The notes under the pieces: model-generated | Told to the model about the DNA's origin: nothing | The model's database searches: none | Seen by the model: the letters and a program-made list of their open reading frames with translations, nothing else | Source of the DNA: a virus | Virus record (IMG/VR): IMGVR_UViG_3300048837_000984 | Location: 32,001 to 96,000 of that record | Length of the DNA: 64,000 nt | Reading direction: 5' to 3' (one strand) | Part shown: piece by piece, positions 18,028 through 27,210 of the stretch | Layout: every line of letters begins with the position of its first letter | Numbering within the stretch: the stretch's first letter is position 1 | Translations under genes and position numbers: made by a program

Positions 18028-18452
18028 TTGTCTCCTCGTCGCTCTTCTTCCGTCCGGAAGAACGGCAGTCCGTCCGGGCCGAGAATCTTGGGTATTTCCT
18101 TGTGTGCTTCGTCGTAGCGTGTCTCAACGCAGGGGCTGAAGTTACTTTGGAAGGTCTTTGTCCGCTTGTGTCGGATCATGTCTGCAACAGCCTTCGGGTC
18201 GTCCGGTCGACCTTGTTTCTGGGCGTGTCTACAGGACTCAACCGCATGCTCGACAAAGTCCTGGTGTTCGTTGCGCTCATCTGAGTACCGGAGTCGGCCG
18301 ATCGAGTCGTTGATGGCCTTTGCCCGGAGCAGGAACTCGCGAACCATCACTACGTCGAACTCACCAGTCTTGACGTCTTCGATGCAGATCATCCCGCTTT
18401 CAGCCCAGAAGCGGAGGTCTCGAAAACGGTAGCTCTTGCCTTCTGCCGCCAT
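18024..18452 (-). CDS. Hypothetical protein (142 aa)
   Basis: AGGAG SD before MAAEGK. Confidence 0.8.
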   Translation of the reverse strand: MAAEGKSYRFRDLRFWAESGMICIEDVKTGEFDVVMVREFLLRAKAINDSIGRLRYSDERNEHQDFVEHAVESCRHAQKQGRPDDPKAVADMIRHKRTKTFQSNFSPCVETRYDEAHKEIPKILGPDGLPFFRTEEERRGDK

Positions 18453-18492
18453 GTTATTTCTCCTTGTAGCCAGCCCCATGATACTCGATCCT

Positions 18493-18535
18493 GATAGCTA
18501 AAGAAAAGTCCCGATACAGGTTATGTATCGGGACT
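18493..18535 (-). terminator. Hairpin + T-tract with tail TTTAGCTATC
   Basis: 12-bp stem AGTCCCGATACA/TGTATCGGGACT followed by TTTCTTT. Confidence 0.7.
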
Positions 18536-18546
18536 GTCTGTTCCTA

Positions 18547-18586
18547 ATGGCTAAAAAAACGGGCCGGTCGATCCTCGACCCGTTTT
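18547..18586 (-). terminator. Hairpin + T-tract with tail TTTAGCCAT
   Basis: AAAACGGG/CCCGTTTT stem with an inner hairpin, directly after the 18595 stop. Confidence 0.6.
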
Positions 18587-18594
18587 CTGCCGCC

Positions 18595-18795
18595 TTATTC
18601 CGAGGCGGCGATTACTACTGGCTGCCCCTTTCTCAGGTCAACCAGTAGTAAGCGAACGATGCGAGGCTTGGCCTCGTCCGCCCGTCGAGACACCACTCCG
18701 GCGTAACCGGAGCAGTGTTCTCGGTCCTCCAACTCGACGCGAGGCTGGAGGCCGCACTGTCCGCAGTGAACGCACGTGTTGCACATATGCAACAC
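18595..18795 (-). CDS. Small Cys-rich protein (66 aa)
   Basis: AAGGAG SD, TTG start, CxxCxxCxxC. Confidence 0.6.
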   Translation of the reverse strand: MLHMCNTCVHCGQCGLQPRVELEDREHCSGYAGVVSRRADEAKPRIVRLLLVDLRKGQPVVIAASE

Positions 18796-18851
18796 TCCTT
18801 GTTCAGGGTTAAGGGGATCTCAATCTATAATGCCCCCAAAACCCCGGAAAT

Positions 18852-18965
18852 TTAGTCCTCTTCACCGCGCACGGTAAAGAGAAACTCCTTGATCGCCCAG
18901 GTAATCAAGGAGACAGCGGTCACGATATACACCGCCTGTCCGGCGGTGTAGAGAAGATCCAACAT
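18852..18965 (-). CDS. 37-aa single-pass membrane protein
   Basis: GGAGG SD; MLDLLYTAGQAVYIVTAVSLITWAIKEFLFTVRGEED; below track cutoff. Confidence 0.65.
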   Translation of the reverse strand: MLDLLYTAGQAVYIVTAVSLITWAIKEFLFTVRGEED

Positions 18966-19030
18966 GGCGACCTCCAGGGTAAAACAACCTCAACACATAT
19001 TGCCACGCTTGTGGCAACTATTCAGGTCGC

Positions 19031-20164
19031 TTACTTCCCGAAGGCCATGGGCACGACGTTGGTCAGGATGCCTGCCCAGGTTCCTGCCTGTTGAAGCGAC
19101 TTTTGTGTATCTGGTTGCAAACCCGCAAGGGCTCCCAAGGTCCTGCCGACGATGGCTCCAGAAAGGTAGCCAGAGCCCATACCCAGACCGATCCGGGCCA
19201 CGTCCATTGGACTGACAAAGTTGGTACCGCCGCGAAGGGCTGAAGCCGACTCAAGCAGTCCGGTTGTAGCCGCGCGAATGGGAAGCGGCGTCTGCTGGTC
19301 CTGCCATACCGTCTGGCCAAACTGGTTCTTCGGGATGGTCGGCATGCTGTCGATAGCAAAGGCACCACCAACAGAGAAGGCAATCTTCTTAAAGACTCTC
19401 GGGACAACGACCTCGGGGAGACGATCCTGAATGCTCTGGATAAGGTCTCGAGCCGATGCCGGAGCTTTGAACTCTTCCTCCTCTTTCGGTTCTTCGTTGT
19501 TCTCTTCACCCAAATCCTGCGGTCTTACAGGCCAGTTGTCGATCCAGGCTTGCCAGCCAGGCTTGTCTGGGTTGTTGCGGTGCGAGGTTGCACCCCACCA
19601 CAACCCAGGAGCAGCGCCAAGACCGCCGCCAGCCAGGGCCGCGACCAGACTGAGTCGACCTGGCTTCAGATGCTTTTCACCGAGGAGTTTCTCGGCCAGC
19701 CAACCGCCACCGTAGCCAAGGCCAGCTCCCAGTAAGCCACCGGTCAAGGTCGCAGCCAGGGGAGTGGGACCACCCAGGTACTTGTTGATGGAACTGGGCA
19801 TGAAGTTGGCCAGAGAAGCCGCAGTCTCGGTGACAGGGTCAGCCTTCTTGACCAGGATCCACGGTTCCTCTTCCCAGGTCTCGGGAAGTTCACCAGAGGG
19901 TGCAACGACAACCTCAGTCAGGTTGCAGTTGGCCAGCTTGTCCTGCCATTCGGTGATGTTGACATCGTCGCCGTGGACCTGGATGAACAGCTCGTTACGG
20001 TCAGGGTTCCAGTGGGCTTCCTTAAGGCTGTCAGCACCGCGCAGGGCCTCACGCAACGACGGGACGAAGTCGCCCGCTGCTTTCAGGAAAGAAATCAGCT
20101 TGTCTGGAACCTGCTGCCAGTCTTCCAGCTTTCGTTGCTCAACCAGACGACTTAGAAGGTTCAT
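19031..20164 (-). CDS. Putative virion protein with glycine-zipper helices
   Basis: Start moved to MNLLSR, downstream of a hairpin; GGLLGAGLGYGGG, GMGSGYLSG; KKAD, KKIAF motifs. Confidence 0.8.
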   Translation of the reverse strand: MNLLSRLVEQRKLEDWQQVPDKLISFLKAAGDFVPSLREALRGADSLKEAHWNPDRNELFIQVHGDDVNITEWQDKLANCNLTEVVVAPSGELPETWEEEPWILVKKADPVTETAASLANFMPSSINKYLGGPTPLAATLTGGLLGAGLGYGGGWLAEKLLGEKHLKPGRLSLVAALAGGGLGAAPGLWWGATSHRNNPDKPGWQAWIDNWPVRPQDLGEENNEEPKEEEEFKAPASARDLIQSIQDRLPEVVVPRVFKKIAFSVGGAFAIDSMPTIPKNQFGQTVWQDQQTPLPIRAATTGLLESASALRGGTNFVSPMDVARIGLGMGSGYLSGAIVGRTLGALAGLQPDTQKSLQQAGTWAGILTNVVPMAFGK

Positions 20165-20173
20165 AGTCTTCTC

Positions 20174-20208
20174 GATAGCTAAAAATTGGACCGGCATACA
20201 CCGGTCCA
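20174..20208 (-). terminator. Hairpin + T-tract with tail TTTAGCTATC
   Basis: TGGACCGG/CCGGTCCA stem followed by ATTTTTAGCTATC. Confidence 0.6.
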
Positions 20209-20271
20209 GAGATCGCCAACCCCTGAACTCTGTGGGAGTTCATTGTATATTGTCTCACATTTGCCGATAAT

Positions 20272-22389
20272 TTAGTCGGACTCCTGTTCGAGACGCCAGC
20301 GTCGCTCCTCTTCCAGTTCTTTCTTCTGGCGATTATTCCACCAGCTACGCAGAGCCATTGCTGCCGCAGCGGCACCGCCGACGCCCAGAGCACCGAGACC
20401 CCACTGAGTTGGACCCCATTTGGTTACGTCGAACATAGAAGGCGCGTTCTCTTCGGCTTTTTGCTTGGCCCTTATTTCTAGCGATCGTTTGCGCTCGGCG
20501 GTCTCTTCTATCCGCGATCTATCGTTGAGTGCCTCCTGATGCTCTCTGTCCGCCCTGTCAACTTCTTGTTTAGCCAGCCTCGCCGCTTCCTGGGCGTCTG
20601 CCGCCCGCTGGGCGTCTACTTCGCGTTGGTCCCGGAAAGCCTGTTCAAACGGCCACACAGCGCTTGTCCAAGGCTCGTCCTTTGGCGGAGCTACATCTGG
20701 CCTGTACTTGTGCCACTCCGACTCCAGGGGCGGTTCTCGAAAAGTTGGTTTTGGTGCAAACGTGTTGAGATCCTCTTGGGGAATATTTTCGAATCTCAAG
20801 AAGCCATAACGGTTGGGTGGGTTAGGCAGTTCGGCTGCCCTTCCCCGCAATTTGTACCGCCCAGCCCAATCAATCTCGTAAAGCTTCGTAAATGCGTGTG
20901 GTAGATAGAGCTTCTGTAGGCCCTTGGCCAGCGGCAGCGAAGCCACCGACTTTATCGGACTGCCGTACGTTTTTTCTACCTCGGCCAGGAATCCCGGCTG
21001 CTCGCTCGATGAGTCGCCAACAACGCTCTTGACTGCGTCCAGCAGGGGTTGCTGGTTTTCTTTCCGTTTATTGCGTAAGAACGTCTCAAGTTCTTCTTGT
21101 TTCTCGTTAACATCTCTAGTCCGGTAGTCCCGCTTGTCGACGTAACGATGGCTGCTGAAAGGAATATAAGGGTTCTTCGCCCACTGGCCGAGTGGCGTTA
21201 AATTTCTAGCCCACTGACGCAGGTTTAGAAGGTTCTGCCGCACTTGTTTCGAGTGAGTCAGTCTGGTCTCAAAATCTATCTTTCCCGACAGTCGTTCCAT
21301 GAGGCTTGGCGGCAGGTCTAGCGGGGAGTCCGGCCAATACGAAGCGGAGCCGCCGCCCTGGGCGAAGTGATACTTATCCAGCTCGGGCTCCGCTTCCGCC
21401 TCGGCGGTTGGAATGCGTGGCTTACTTGGCGGTTTTCTTGACCAGAAAAAGGCCTGCTTTTCCTCTTGCTCCACTTCCTTATACATCTTTCTGAGTTGTG
21501 CCTCTGTTCTTGGTCCAGCCGGCACGGGGGTTATTTGAGCCTCCTTCTTCCGAAGAGAGACAGAGTCGGGCAGCTTCTTCTTCGGAATGTGGATCCGGAA
21601 CCTGGTCGGCCTGTGCGTAAGGCCAACCTCGCGACCTTCCTGAGAGTCGATATCGAACTCTTCCAGCTTCATTCTCAAGAGCTTCTGCAAAAGAGAATGC
21701 TTCTCTCCATAGTTGCCCCGGTCCGATTCCTTCTTGGCTCGAATGAGATCGTCAAGAACAGAGCCCTGTTTCGGCACCCTGAGTACTCCTTGTACAGGCG
21801 TGACCGCCGGATCATAAGCAGGTGTAGTTGTGTCAACAGCTCGCGTGGCGTCTCGTTGCATAGCCTTGGGGAAGTTTTTGGCGATCTCCTGTGGCACAGG
21901 TAGCTTCGCCCCAGGTGACTTCATGCGCAGAAAATAAGTGCTCCCGTCGCCATAGGTGGGCAGCGGCTCTGGCTTTGGTCCCAGGCCCAGCCGGTGAAGG
22001 ATGTGACGAAGCGGTTGCTTGGCCATATCTGTCGCGGCACTTAAAGAATAAGTCGGCCTGGCCTCAATACTCGGCTGCTTGATGAACTTCTGTAAAGACT
22101 TCCACCCGGCGGGGGTGTAGTTCATGGGGAGATCGGTACCAGTCCAACCGCCGGGCAACCGCTTCAGGATCTCGCCAGTAAACTTGTTGTTCAGGTTTAG
22201 TTTCTGAAGAGACGGGTGGATATAGCGGTAGGAAAATGAGGGCGTGCCGCTAGGTCCCCCTGGCTTCAGGTTGGCGTATCCGACCAGCTTGTCCTTCATG
22301 AACAGGCCAAAGCCGTTGCCACCTTGCATTGGGCGGACACTGAACCGCTGACGGAAACTGATGGCGTCCTTGTCCATAGCTTCACTCAC
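20272..22389 (-). CDS. Modular putative virion protein (705 aa) with C-terminal hydrophobic helix
   Basis: KKEAQ, EKQAF motifs; coiled-coil; WGLGALGVGGAAAAAMAL. Confidence 0.8.
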   Translation of the reverse strand: MSEAMDKDAISFRQRFSVRPMQGGNGFGLFMKDKLVGYANLKPGGPSGTPSFSYRYIHPSLQKLNLNNKFTGEILKRLPGGWTGTDLPMNYTPAGWKSLQKFIKQPSIEARPTYSLSAATDMAKQPLRHILHRLGLGPKPEPLPTYGDGSTYFLRMKSPGAKLPVPQEIAKNFPKAMQRDATRAVDTTTPAYDPAVTPVQGVLRVPKQGSVLDDLIRAKKESDRGNYGEKHSLLQKLLRMKLEEFDIDSQEGREVGLTHRPTRFRIHIPKKKLPDSVSLRKKEAQITPVPAGPRTEAQLRKMYKEVEQEEKQAFFWSRKPPSKPRIPTAEAEAEPELDKYHFAQGGGSASYWPDSPLDLPPSLMERLSGKIDFETRLTHSKQVRQNLLNLRQWARNLTPLGQWAKNPYIPFSSHRYVDKRDYRTRDVNEKQEELETFLRNKRKENQQPLLDAVKSVVGDSSSEQPGFLAEVEKTYGSPIKSVASLPLAKGLQKLYLPHAFTKLYEIDWAGRYKLRGRAAELPNPPNRYGFLRFENIPQEDLNTFAPKPTFREPPLESEWHKYRPDVAPPKDEPWTSAVWPFEQAFRDQREVDAQRAADAQEAARLAKQEVDRADREHQEALNDRSRIEETAERKRSLEIRAKQKAEENAPSMFDVTKWGPTQWGLGALGVGGAAAAAMALRSWWNNRQKKELEEERRWRLEQESD

Positions 22390-25300
22390 TTGGTTGGCGG
22401 CGTTGGCTGAAACTCGTTAACTCGTTTTTGTCTAGCCTGTCCGATCTCGTTCGCGTGCGGTTGCAGCGACGGCGGCAACTTCAACTGGTTGACAGGCCCA
22501 GCACCAAGCTGATCCATCGGGACGGCGCCAAAGCCCTGAGCAGCCAGCGACGTAAACGGCGTGCTCGGCTGCGCTTCCTGGAGCGTGTCCGAGATACGCT
22601 GGATCCAGTCCGTCTGGCCAGCGTGTGCCATCTGACCCTGTAGTCGGCCCTCAAAGTCAGCATCCGAGGTTGCCGCATCACCGGCCCTGAGGATATCCGG
22701 CCGGTGGGCAGAGAGCAAACCGATGGTGTTCCTGTACGGCTTAAACCGCGGGTCCGACTGGATCGTCTGGTCCAGATTCGTCAGCGAAGTGTGCGCTAGC
22801 TCGCTCAGACCGTTCGGCCCGAGCTGTCGAGCGACGTCTGGGTGAGCCTGCGCCAATTGTGCAGCCAGATTCTGGACAAGGTCCTTCCTGGATCCCGTCA
22901 GAGCGTCGTGCGGCAGTGAAGTCAGCATCTTCGACATGGACTGGATAAGGGGAGCGATTACCTGAGCCTGTTGTGGACCGACGATGCCCGCCGCAGACAG
23001 TGTGGGAATCATGCCCTGACCCAGGTAGTTCTGCATCACCGGCATAACCTCGACTTCGCGCTGTGAATTCCGCACGATATCGGTCAGGCCGTTCTTGTAG
23101 ACGTACTCCTGGTTAACCTGCTGCGATCGGAACTGGTTCCAGGCCGCTCCCGGAGATACGCCCGACTGCTGCAAAAGCGCAACCCACTGTTGCGCGTTTA
23201 CCGTACCCAGGGAAGTTCCGTCTGGCATCACTGGTTTGCCAGCCCGGATGTTGTCCGCGATCTGGGCTGCCGGAGTACCGGGCCGAATGAGGCCGGCGTC
23301 TTCCAAGGCCAATGTTGCACCCATGATGTTGGCCATGGGACTGTTCGACGCAGAAGTTCTCAGTCTCTGGTCGAGGTCGACCGCATCGTCCATCGTTAAG
23401 CCGTTGAAGCCTTGTCGTCCGGCAAACTGTCCGAAAGCACGACCAAAAGCCGCGGCGCCCGGAGCCGTTCTGGACGCAAAGAGCCTCGGCAGTCCCGCTG
23501 ACTGGGCCACGTCTCCCCCATGTCCAATCAGCGAGAACAGCCTCGGCAGCCCACCAGGGGTGGATTTGGCCAGGTTGTGCAGCTGCCGAACCTGCTGCGA
23601 CACCTGCTGCGGATCCAGATTGGACAGCTGCCCCTGGGTCAACTTCTCCAGGATGTCCATCCCTTCCCCGGCAGAGAAGGCCAGCTTGATCGGACCTTTA
23701 CCTTTGCGCAGACAAGTGCGGCAGAACAACCAACCCTTCTTGTCCTTGTAAATGTGTTCCTTCTTCAGGGCCTTGTCGCAGTGCGGGCAAATGTGATGCT
23801 CGTTGCCTTCATCGTCACAGCCCATCTCCGCTTGGGTGTGAACAGCACCCTGTTTGGGCATGTGTTCAGCCATCATATCCCTCGCAGCCGCAAATGGTTG
23901 CGACAACGAAGACAGCCGGTCTGCGGTCTGCTCTGGCGACATGGGTGTCTGGGAAGACAACAGACCTCGATCACTGGCGTTGGAATAGATGTCGCTCATC
24001 TGCGAAGCAGAAAACCCGGAAGTGTCCGCACGGTTGGCGTTTGGTCCGTACAGCCTGGAGAAGATTCTCTTGGCAGTACTCGTAGCGTCATCTGCGGATA
24101 TCCCTCGCTGACCGGTGATTGGATCTCGGAGCGTCTTGGCTGTACGGAAGACCTGGCTGCCAAGGCTCGCCGCGGACCCACGCCAGCCGTGCAGGCGGTC
24201 CCACAGCTGCGGCGCGAACATCCGAATGTATGGAGCGATGGTCGAGATGTCACCGGAGGCTGAATCAATAGCCCGCTGCATCTCTGGGTTCTTGTCCGGA
24301 TTGGAACCGGCTAACCGAGCCAGACCAGATAGCATGCGCCGATACGTACCTCGGTCTTCTGACATGGCTCCGGTGGTAGCCTGCCAGTCGCCAGTGTAGG
24401 TACGCATGTTGCTCAGGCGATCCGAAACGTTACCGGCGCCTGGGGCATACAGGAGGCCGTGTTGAGCTGCCCAGTTGTTGATGAATGGGTTGACAATCAT
24501 CTGCTGCAGGACAGGCAGGAAGCTGCCGAACTGATCGACCATGGCAGCCTTTTCCAGCGAGTCTTTCGTCCCGAATGGCGGCGCCCCAGAAGTACTCTCT
24601 CCGAAGTAGGGCTTGTCCTTATAGGTGAAGTAGAAGCTGTCACCAAGAGTCTTGGGCAGGTCGTGGTAGTTAACCGTAACTTCGTCACCAGCCTGGATGG
24701 CTTTCTTGGCTATCAAGGCGACCGTGTCGTCCGGGTTCTTGCGGATGTCTGCGTTTGGCTCATCGGAATGGTTACAGTAACGGGCTTCGTCCGTTTCGTC
24801 GTAGCAGTCTAGATGGAACTGACCTTCCTTGGGAACCAGGCAGACCGGAACAATGACGTCGTCTGGACTAAATTTTTTAGTCGCAAAGATGCCCTTGCCG
24901 TCTATCTCAGATGGTTTGATCTCGACTCCTGGGCCTTCGTCCGAAGCCTTCTTGGTATCGTTGGCCTGGAGGACGCCCTTGCGTCGGACGGCGATCGTAA
25001 TGTGGAAGTCGAACTTGTTGTTGTTTGGTCTGGCCGACAAGCCGTAGCTCTTGCGCAACTTCTCCAGTTCCGGCGAAGTCACCTCAATGAACCAGCACTT
25101 ACTGATGTTTTCCCAACCGGAAGGGTTGGTGGACCGGACCGGCCCAGTAGTGTAGCGGAACGTGTGGCCCCGCTCGGAAATCTTGGACGGACCACCAATG
25201 GCCTCAACTTCGTCCGGGCGCATGACCGTAATGTGTGCGTTGAAGGCGCCGCCATTGTAGCCGGGAGGTAGTTCAATACCGGGGACGTGTAGTGCGTCAA

Positions 25301-25559
25301 AAGCACCGCGAGCAACGGCGTTGGGGACGCTGAGAAGGCACCAACCGTCTGCGGACATGTAAAGCCGCCCGGCCATGTCGTAGCTCAGGTCGGCCGCTAC
25401 TTTCTTGTGCGCTGGCTTAACGGTAAGCTTCGCCTCGCTCGCCTTATACAGTGGATCCCAATGAATTACGAACGGCTCTTCTTGGCGAGAAACCGGCGTG
25501 TCGACGGCGATGCCGTCCAGGATGCTCTGAGACCGGTTGTTTTCAGCCATCTTTCCCAT
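22386..25559 (-). CDS. Polyprotein (1057 aa): 2H phosphoesterase + SET domain + helical region with Zn finger
   Basis: AHITV and FHITI (2H); GKGIFA...RYCNHSDEPNA...GDEVTVNY (SET); CPHC...CRTC. Confidence 0.85.
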   Translation of the reverse strand: MGKMAENNRSQSILDGIAVDTPVSRQEEPFVIHWDPLYKASEAKLTVKPAHKKVAADLSYDMAGRLYMSADGWCLLSVPNAVARGAFDALHVPGIELPPGYNGGAFNAHITVMRPDEVEAIGGPSKISERGHTFRYTTGPVRSTNPSGWENISKCWFIEVTSPELEKLRKSYGLSARPNNNKFDFHITIAVRRKGVLQANDTKKASDEGPGVEIKPSEIDGKGIFATKKFSPDDVIVPVCLVPKEGQFHLDCYDETDEARYCNHSDEPNADIRKNPDDTVALIAKKAIQAGDEVTVNYHDLPKTLGDSFYFTYKDKPYFGESTSGAPPFGTKDSLEKAAMVDQFGSFLPVLQQMIVNPFINNWAAQHGLLYAPGAGNVSDRLSNMRTYTGDWQATTGAMSEDRGTYRRMLSGLARLAGSNPDKNPEMQRAIDSASGDISTIAPYIRMFAPQLWDRLHGWRGSAASLGSQVFRTAKTLRDPITGQRGISADDATSTAKRIFSRLYGPNANRADTSGFSASQMSDIYSNASDRGLLSSQTPMSPEQTADRLSSLSQPFAAARDMMAEHMPKQGAVHTQAEMGCDDEGNEHHICPHCDKALKKEHIYKDKKGWLFCRTCLRKGKGPIKLAFSAGEGMDILEKLTQGQLSNLDPQQVSQQVRQLHNLAKSTPGGLPRLFSLIGHGGDVAQSAGLPRLFASRTAPGAAAFGRAFGQFAGRQGFNGLTMDDAVDLDQRLRTSASNSPMANIMGATLALEDAGLIRPGTPAAQIADNIRAGKPVMPDGTSLGTVNAQQWVALLQQSGVSPGAAWNQFRSQQVNQEYVYKNGLTDIVRNSQREVEVMPVMQNYLGQGMIPTLSAAGIVGPQQAQVIAPLIQSMSKMLTSLPHDALTGSRKDLVQNLAAQLAQAHPDVARQLGPNGLSELAHTSLTNLDQTIQSDPRFKPYRNTIGLLSAHRPDILRAGDAATSDADFEGRLQGQMAHAGQTDWIQRISDTLQEAQPSTPFTSLAAQGFGAVPMDQLGAGPVNQLKLPPSLQPHANEIGQARQKRVNEFQPTPPTK

Positions 25560-25571
25560 CCGTGGGTAAGT

Positions 25572-25714
25572 TGCGAGTTCCGCTGACTTTCCCGGAGCTG
25601 TTCACCGTGCCTCGCTGCCGCTCTGCGAAGACGGGCATCTGCCCAGCGTGTCGAATCATTCAACTACACCAGCCAGTTAACGGTAAACGTCGCTATAAGC
25701 CAGCGGAACTCGCA
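25572..25714 (-). ncRNA. Candidate structured RNA or 5' leader
   Basis: Perfect 14-bp closing stem TGCGAGTTCCGCTG/CAGCGGAACTCGCA enclosing small inner hairpins, intergenic. Confidence 0.4.
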
Positions 25715-25750
25715 GTGCATGTATTCTAGCAGAACCGACTTAGAAAGGAT

Positions 25751-25783
25751 GATAGCTAAAAAAGAGACCCGGTTAGGGGTCTC
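25751..25783 (-). terminator. Hairpin + T-tract with tail TTTAGCTATC
   Basis: GAGACCC/GGGTCTC stem followed by TTTTTT, after the 25790 stop. Confidence 0.7.
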
Positions 25784-25789
25784 AGATTG

Positions 25790-26533
25790 TTACTGCAGTG
25801 GCCCGCCGGACGGTCCCAGCAGGGGCTTAGCCGGCAGGCCGTCCGGCGGTGGCCCGGATGGCGGCGGAAGCCTCTTCAGCTTCCGGTCCAGCTCAAACTG
25901 AGCCAGAACCAGATCGACCACATCTGTGGTCACCGCCCGGACGACCTCCTCGGAGCGCAGGGCCGTAGTGAGGTCCTGCGCTGCCAGCTCTCTCTCACTT
26001 TCGTCAAGCGCCGAAAAGCGCTTGACGCGCTCGCGAACCGTTGCAGGGTAATCCTGCAACTTTCCGAGGGCGACGATCTTCTTGACCATCGCCTTCTCGG
26101 CGTCCTGCCGAGCCAGCCCCGTCAGTAGTTCCTCTGTCTTGCTGATCTCGAAAGACCAGCTCGACAGATTTCTAACAGTCAGGTTGTCAAACTGCCCCGG
26201 AACCTCGGGAATTTCGAGCTTCTGCCGGCGAGCCTCTAGCTCTTTGGCGAAAGCCTTCCGACCGGCGGCGTCGAGCCGCGCCACACGCTCGACATGCGGC
26301 CGGATCTCGGTCGGGCTGAATTCCTGTAGTAGCCCCTCAGCGGCGAGATCCGATGTAACCTCGTCGATAAGATCATCCGACGACGTTATTGTCGCGGCAA
26401 TCGAAGCCACGTGATGTTCGACCGTCAACGACGGTCGAATTACGATCTGGGTGCCCACGTACTGGGTACCCAGCCAGAAGCCACCAAACACCGCGACGGT
26501 GGCCACTGTCAGAATCTTTAAAAAAGTACTCAT
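25790..26533 (-). CDS. Membrane-anchored or exported protein (247 aa)
   Basis: N-terminal hydrophobic segment, GGGAG SD. Confidence 0.8.
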   Translation of the reverse strand: MSTFLKILTVATVAVFGGFWLGTQYVGTQIVIRPSLTVEHHVASIAATITSSDDLIDEVTSDLAAEGLLQEFSPTEIRPHVERVARLDAAGRKAFAKELEARRQKLEIPEVPGQFDNLTVRNLSSWSFEISKTEELLTGLARQDAEKAMVKKIVALGKLQDYPATVRERVKRFSALDESERELAAQDLTTALRSEEVVRAVTTDVVDLVLAQFELDRKLKRLPPPSGPPPDGLPAKPLLGPSGGPLQ

Positions 26534-26597
26534 CTCCCGACTCCCTCTTGTTTGGGGGGTTAAAGTGATCTCACCCTCTATTGACCCGGAAATGACC

Positions 26598-26809
26598 TTA
26601 ATTTAGGGCGGAAAGTTGGCCCAGAAGTGACTGCACCGCAAATGCGCTGAAGACCAAAGACACAGCCGAGCGCTCTCTCGATATCGCCGCCACATACCTC
26701 GGACAGAGGTGGTGGCGCCAAAGCGACGATTCAACCAAGCCCGGTGCAGATAGTAATACTCGGTGTCGACGCCGTTGGTAGGCCAACGTCTTACAATCGC
26801 GGCCGGCAT
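26598..26809 (-). CDS. Hypothetical protein (68 aa)
   Basis: Abuts upstream stop (TAAATG). Confidence 0.5.
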
Positions 26810-27166
26810 TCATTTATCCTCAACGAAACCGAACTTGGACATAAACAGCCGCAATTCCGGAGACAGGTCGCAAATCAGGTCTAGTAGCGCGAAAGGAGGC
26901 AGTATCCGCTCGGCCTTCTGTTGGGCAGATAGCTGCGGATCGCCAGCAACGGCTAACTCGGCAAGGACTAGCTTGCCAACCTCAGAGTCGTAAGGATATC
27001 GCCAGACAAAGCAATCACCGCTCTGCGTTGGCTGGAAGTCTACAACGATGTGGTTGGTCGCTTTCTCGTCTTGGACAAATAAATAGGTCGCGTCTACGTG
27101 AGAAGTAGACAGTCTTGCTGGGGCGATACTCCGCCACCGCTGTAAATGCTTAGACTGGATCGGCAC
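26810..27166 (-). CDS. Hypothetical protein (118 aa)
   Basis: Natural composition, in tandem. Confidence 0.65.
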   Translation of the reverse strand: MPIQSKHLQRWRSIAPARLSTSHVDATYLFVQDEKATNHIVVDFQPTQSGDCFVWRYPYDSEVGKLVLAELAVAGDPQLSAQQKAERILPPFALLDLICDLSPELRLFMSKFGFVEDK

Positions 27167-27210
27167 CAGAATCCTCCGAGAACTTGGGGCCAGACTTTTC
27201 TGTTCTCACT

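Noticed and set aside
20165-20197. Track start MPVQFL for 19031..20197
   Set aside because: It lies within a hairpin/T-tract; MNLLSR at 20164 was preferred.
22050-22389. GNAT-like N-terminus of 20272..22389 (YIHPSLQKLNL)
   Set aside because: The acetyl-CoA-binding Q/RxxGxG glycines are missing; too weak without a profile search.
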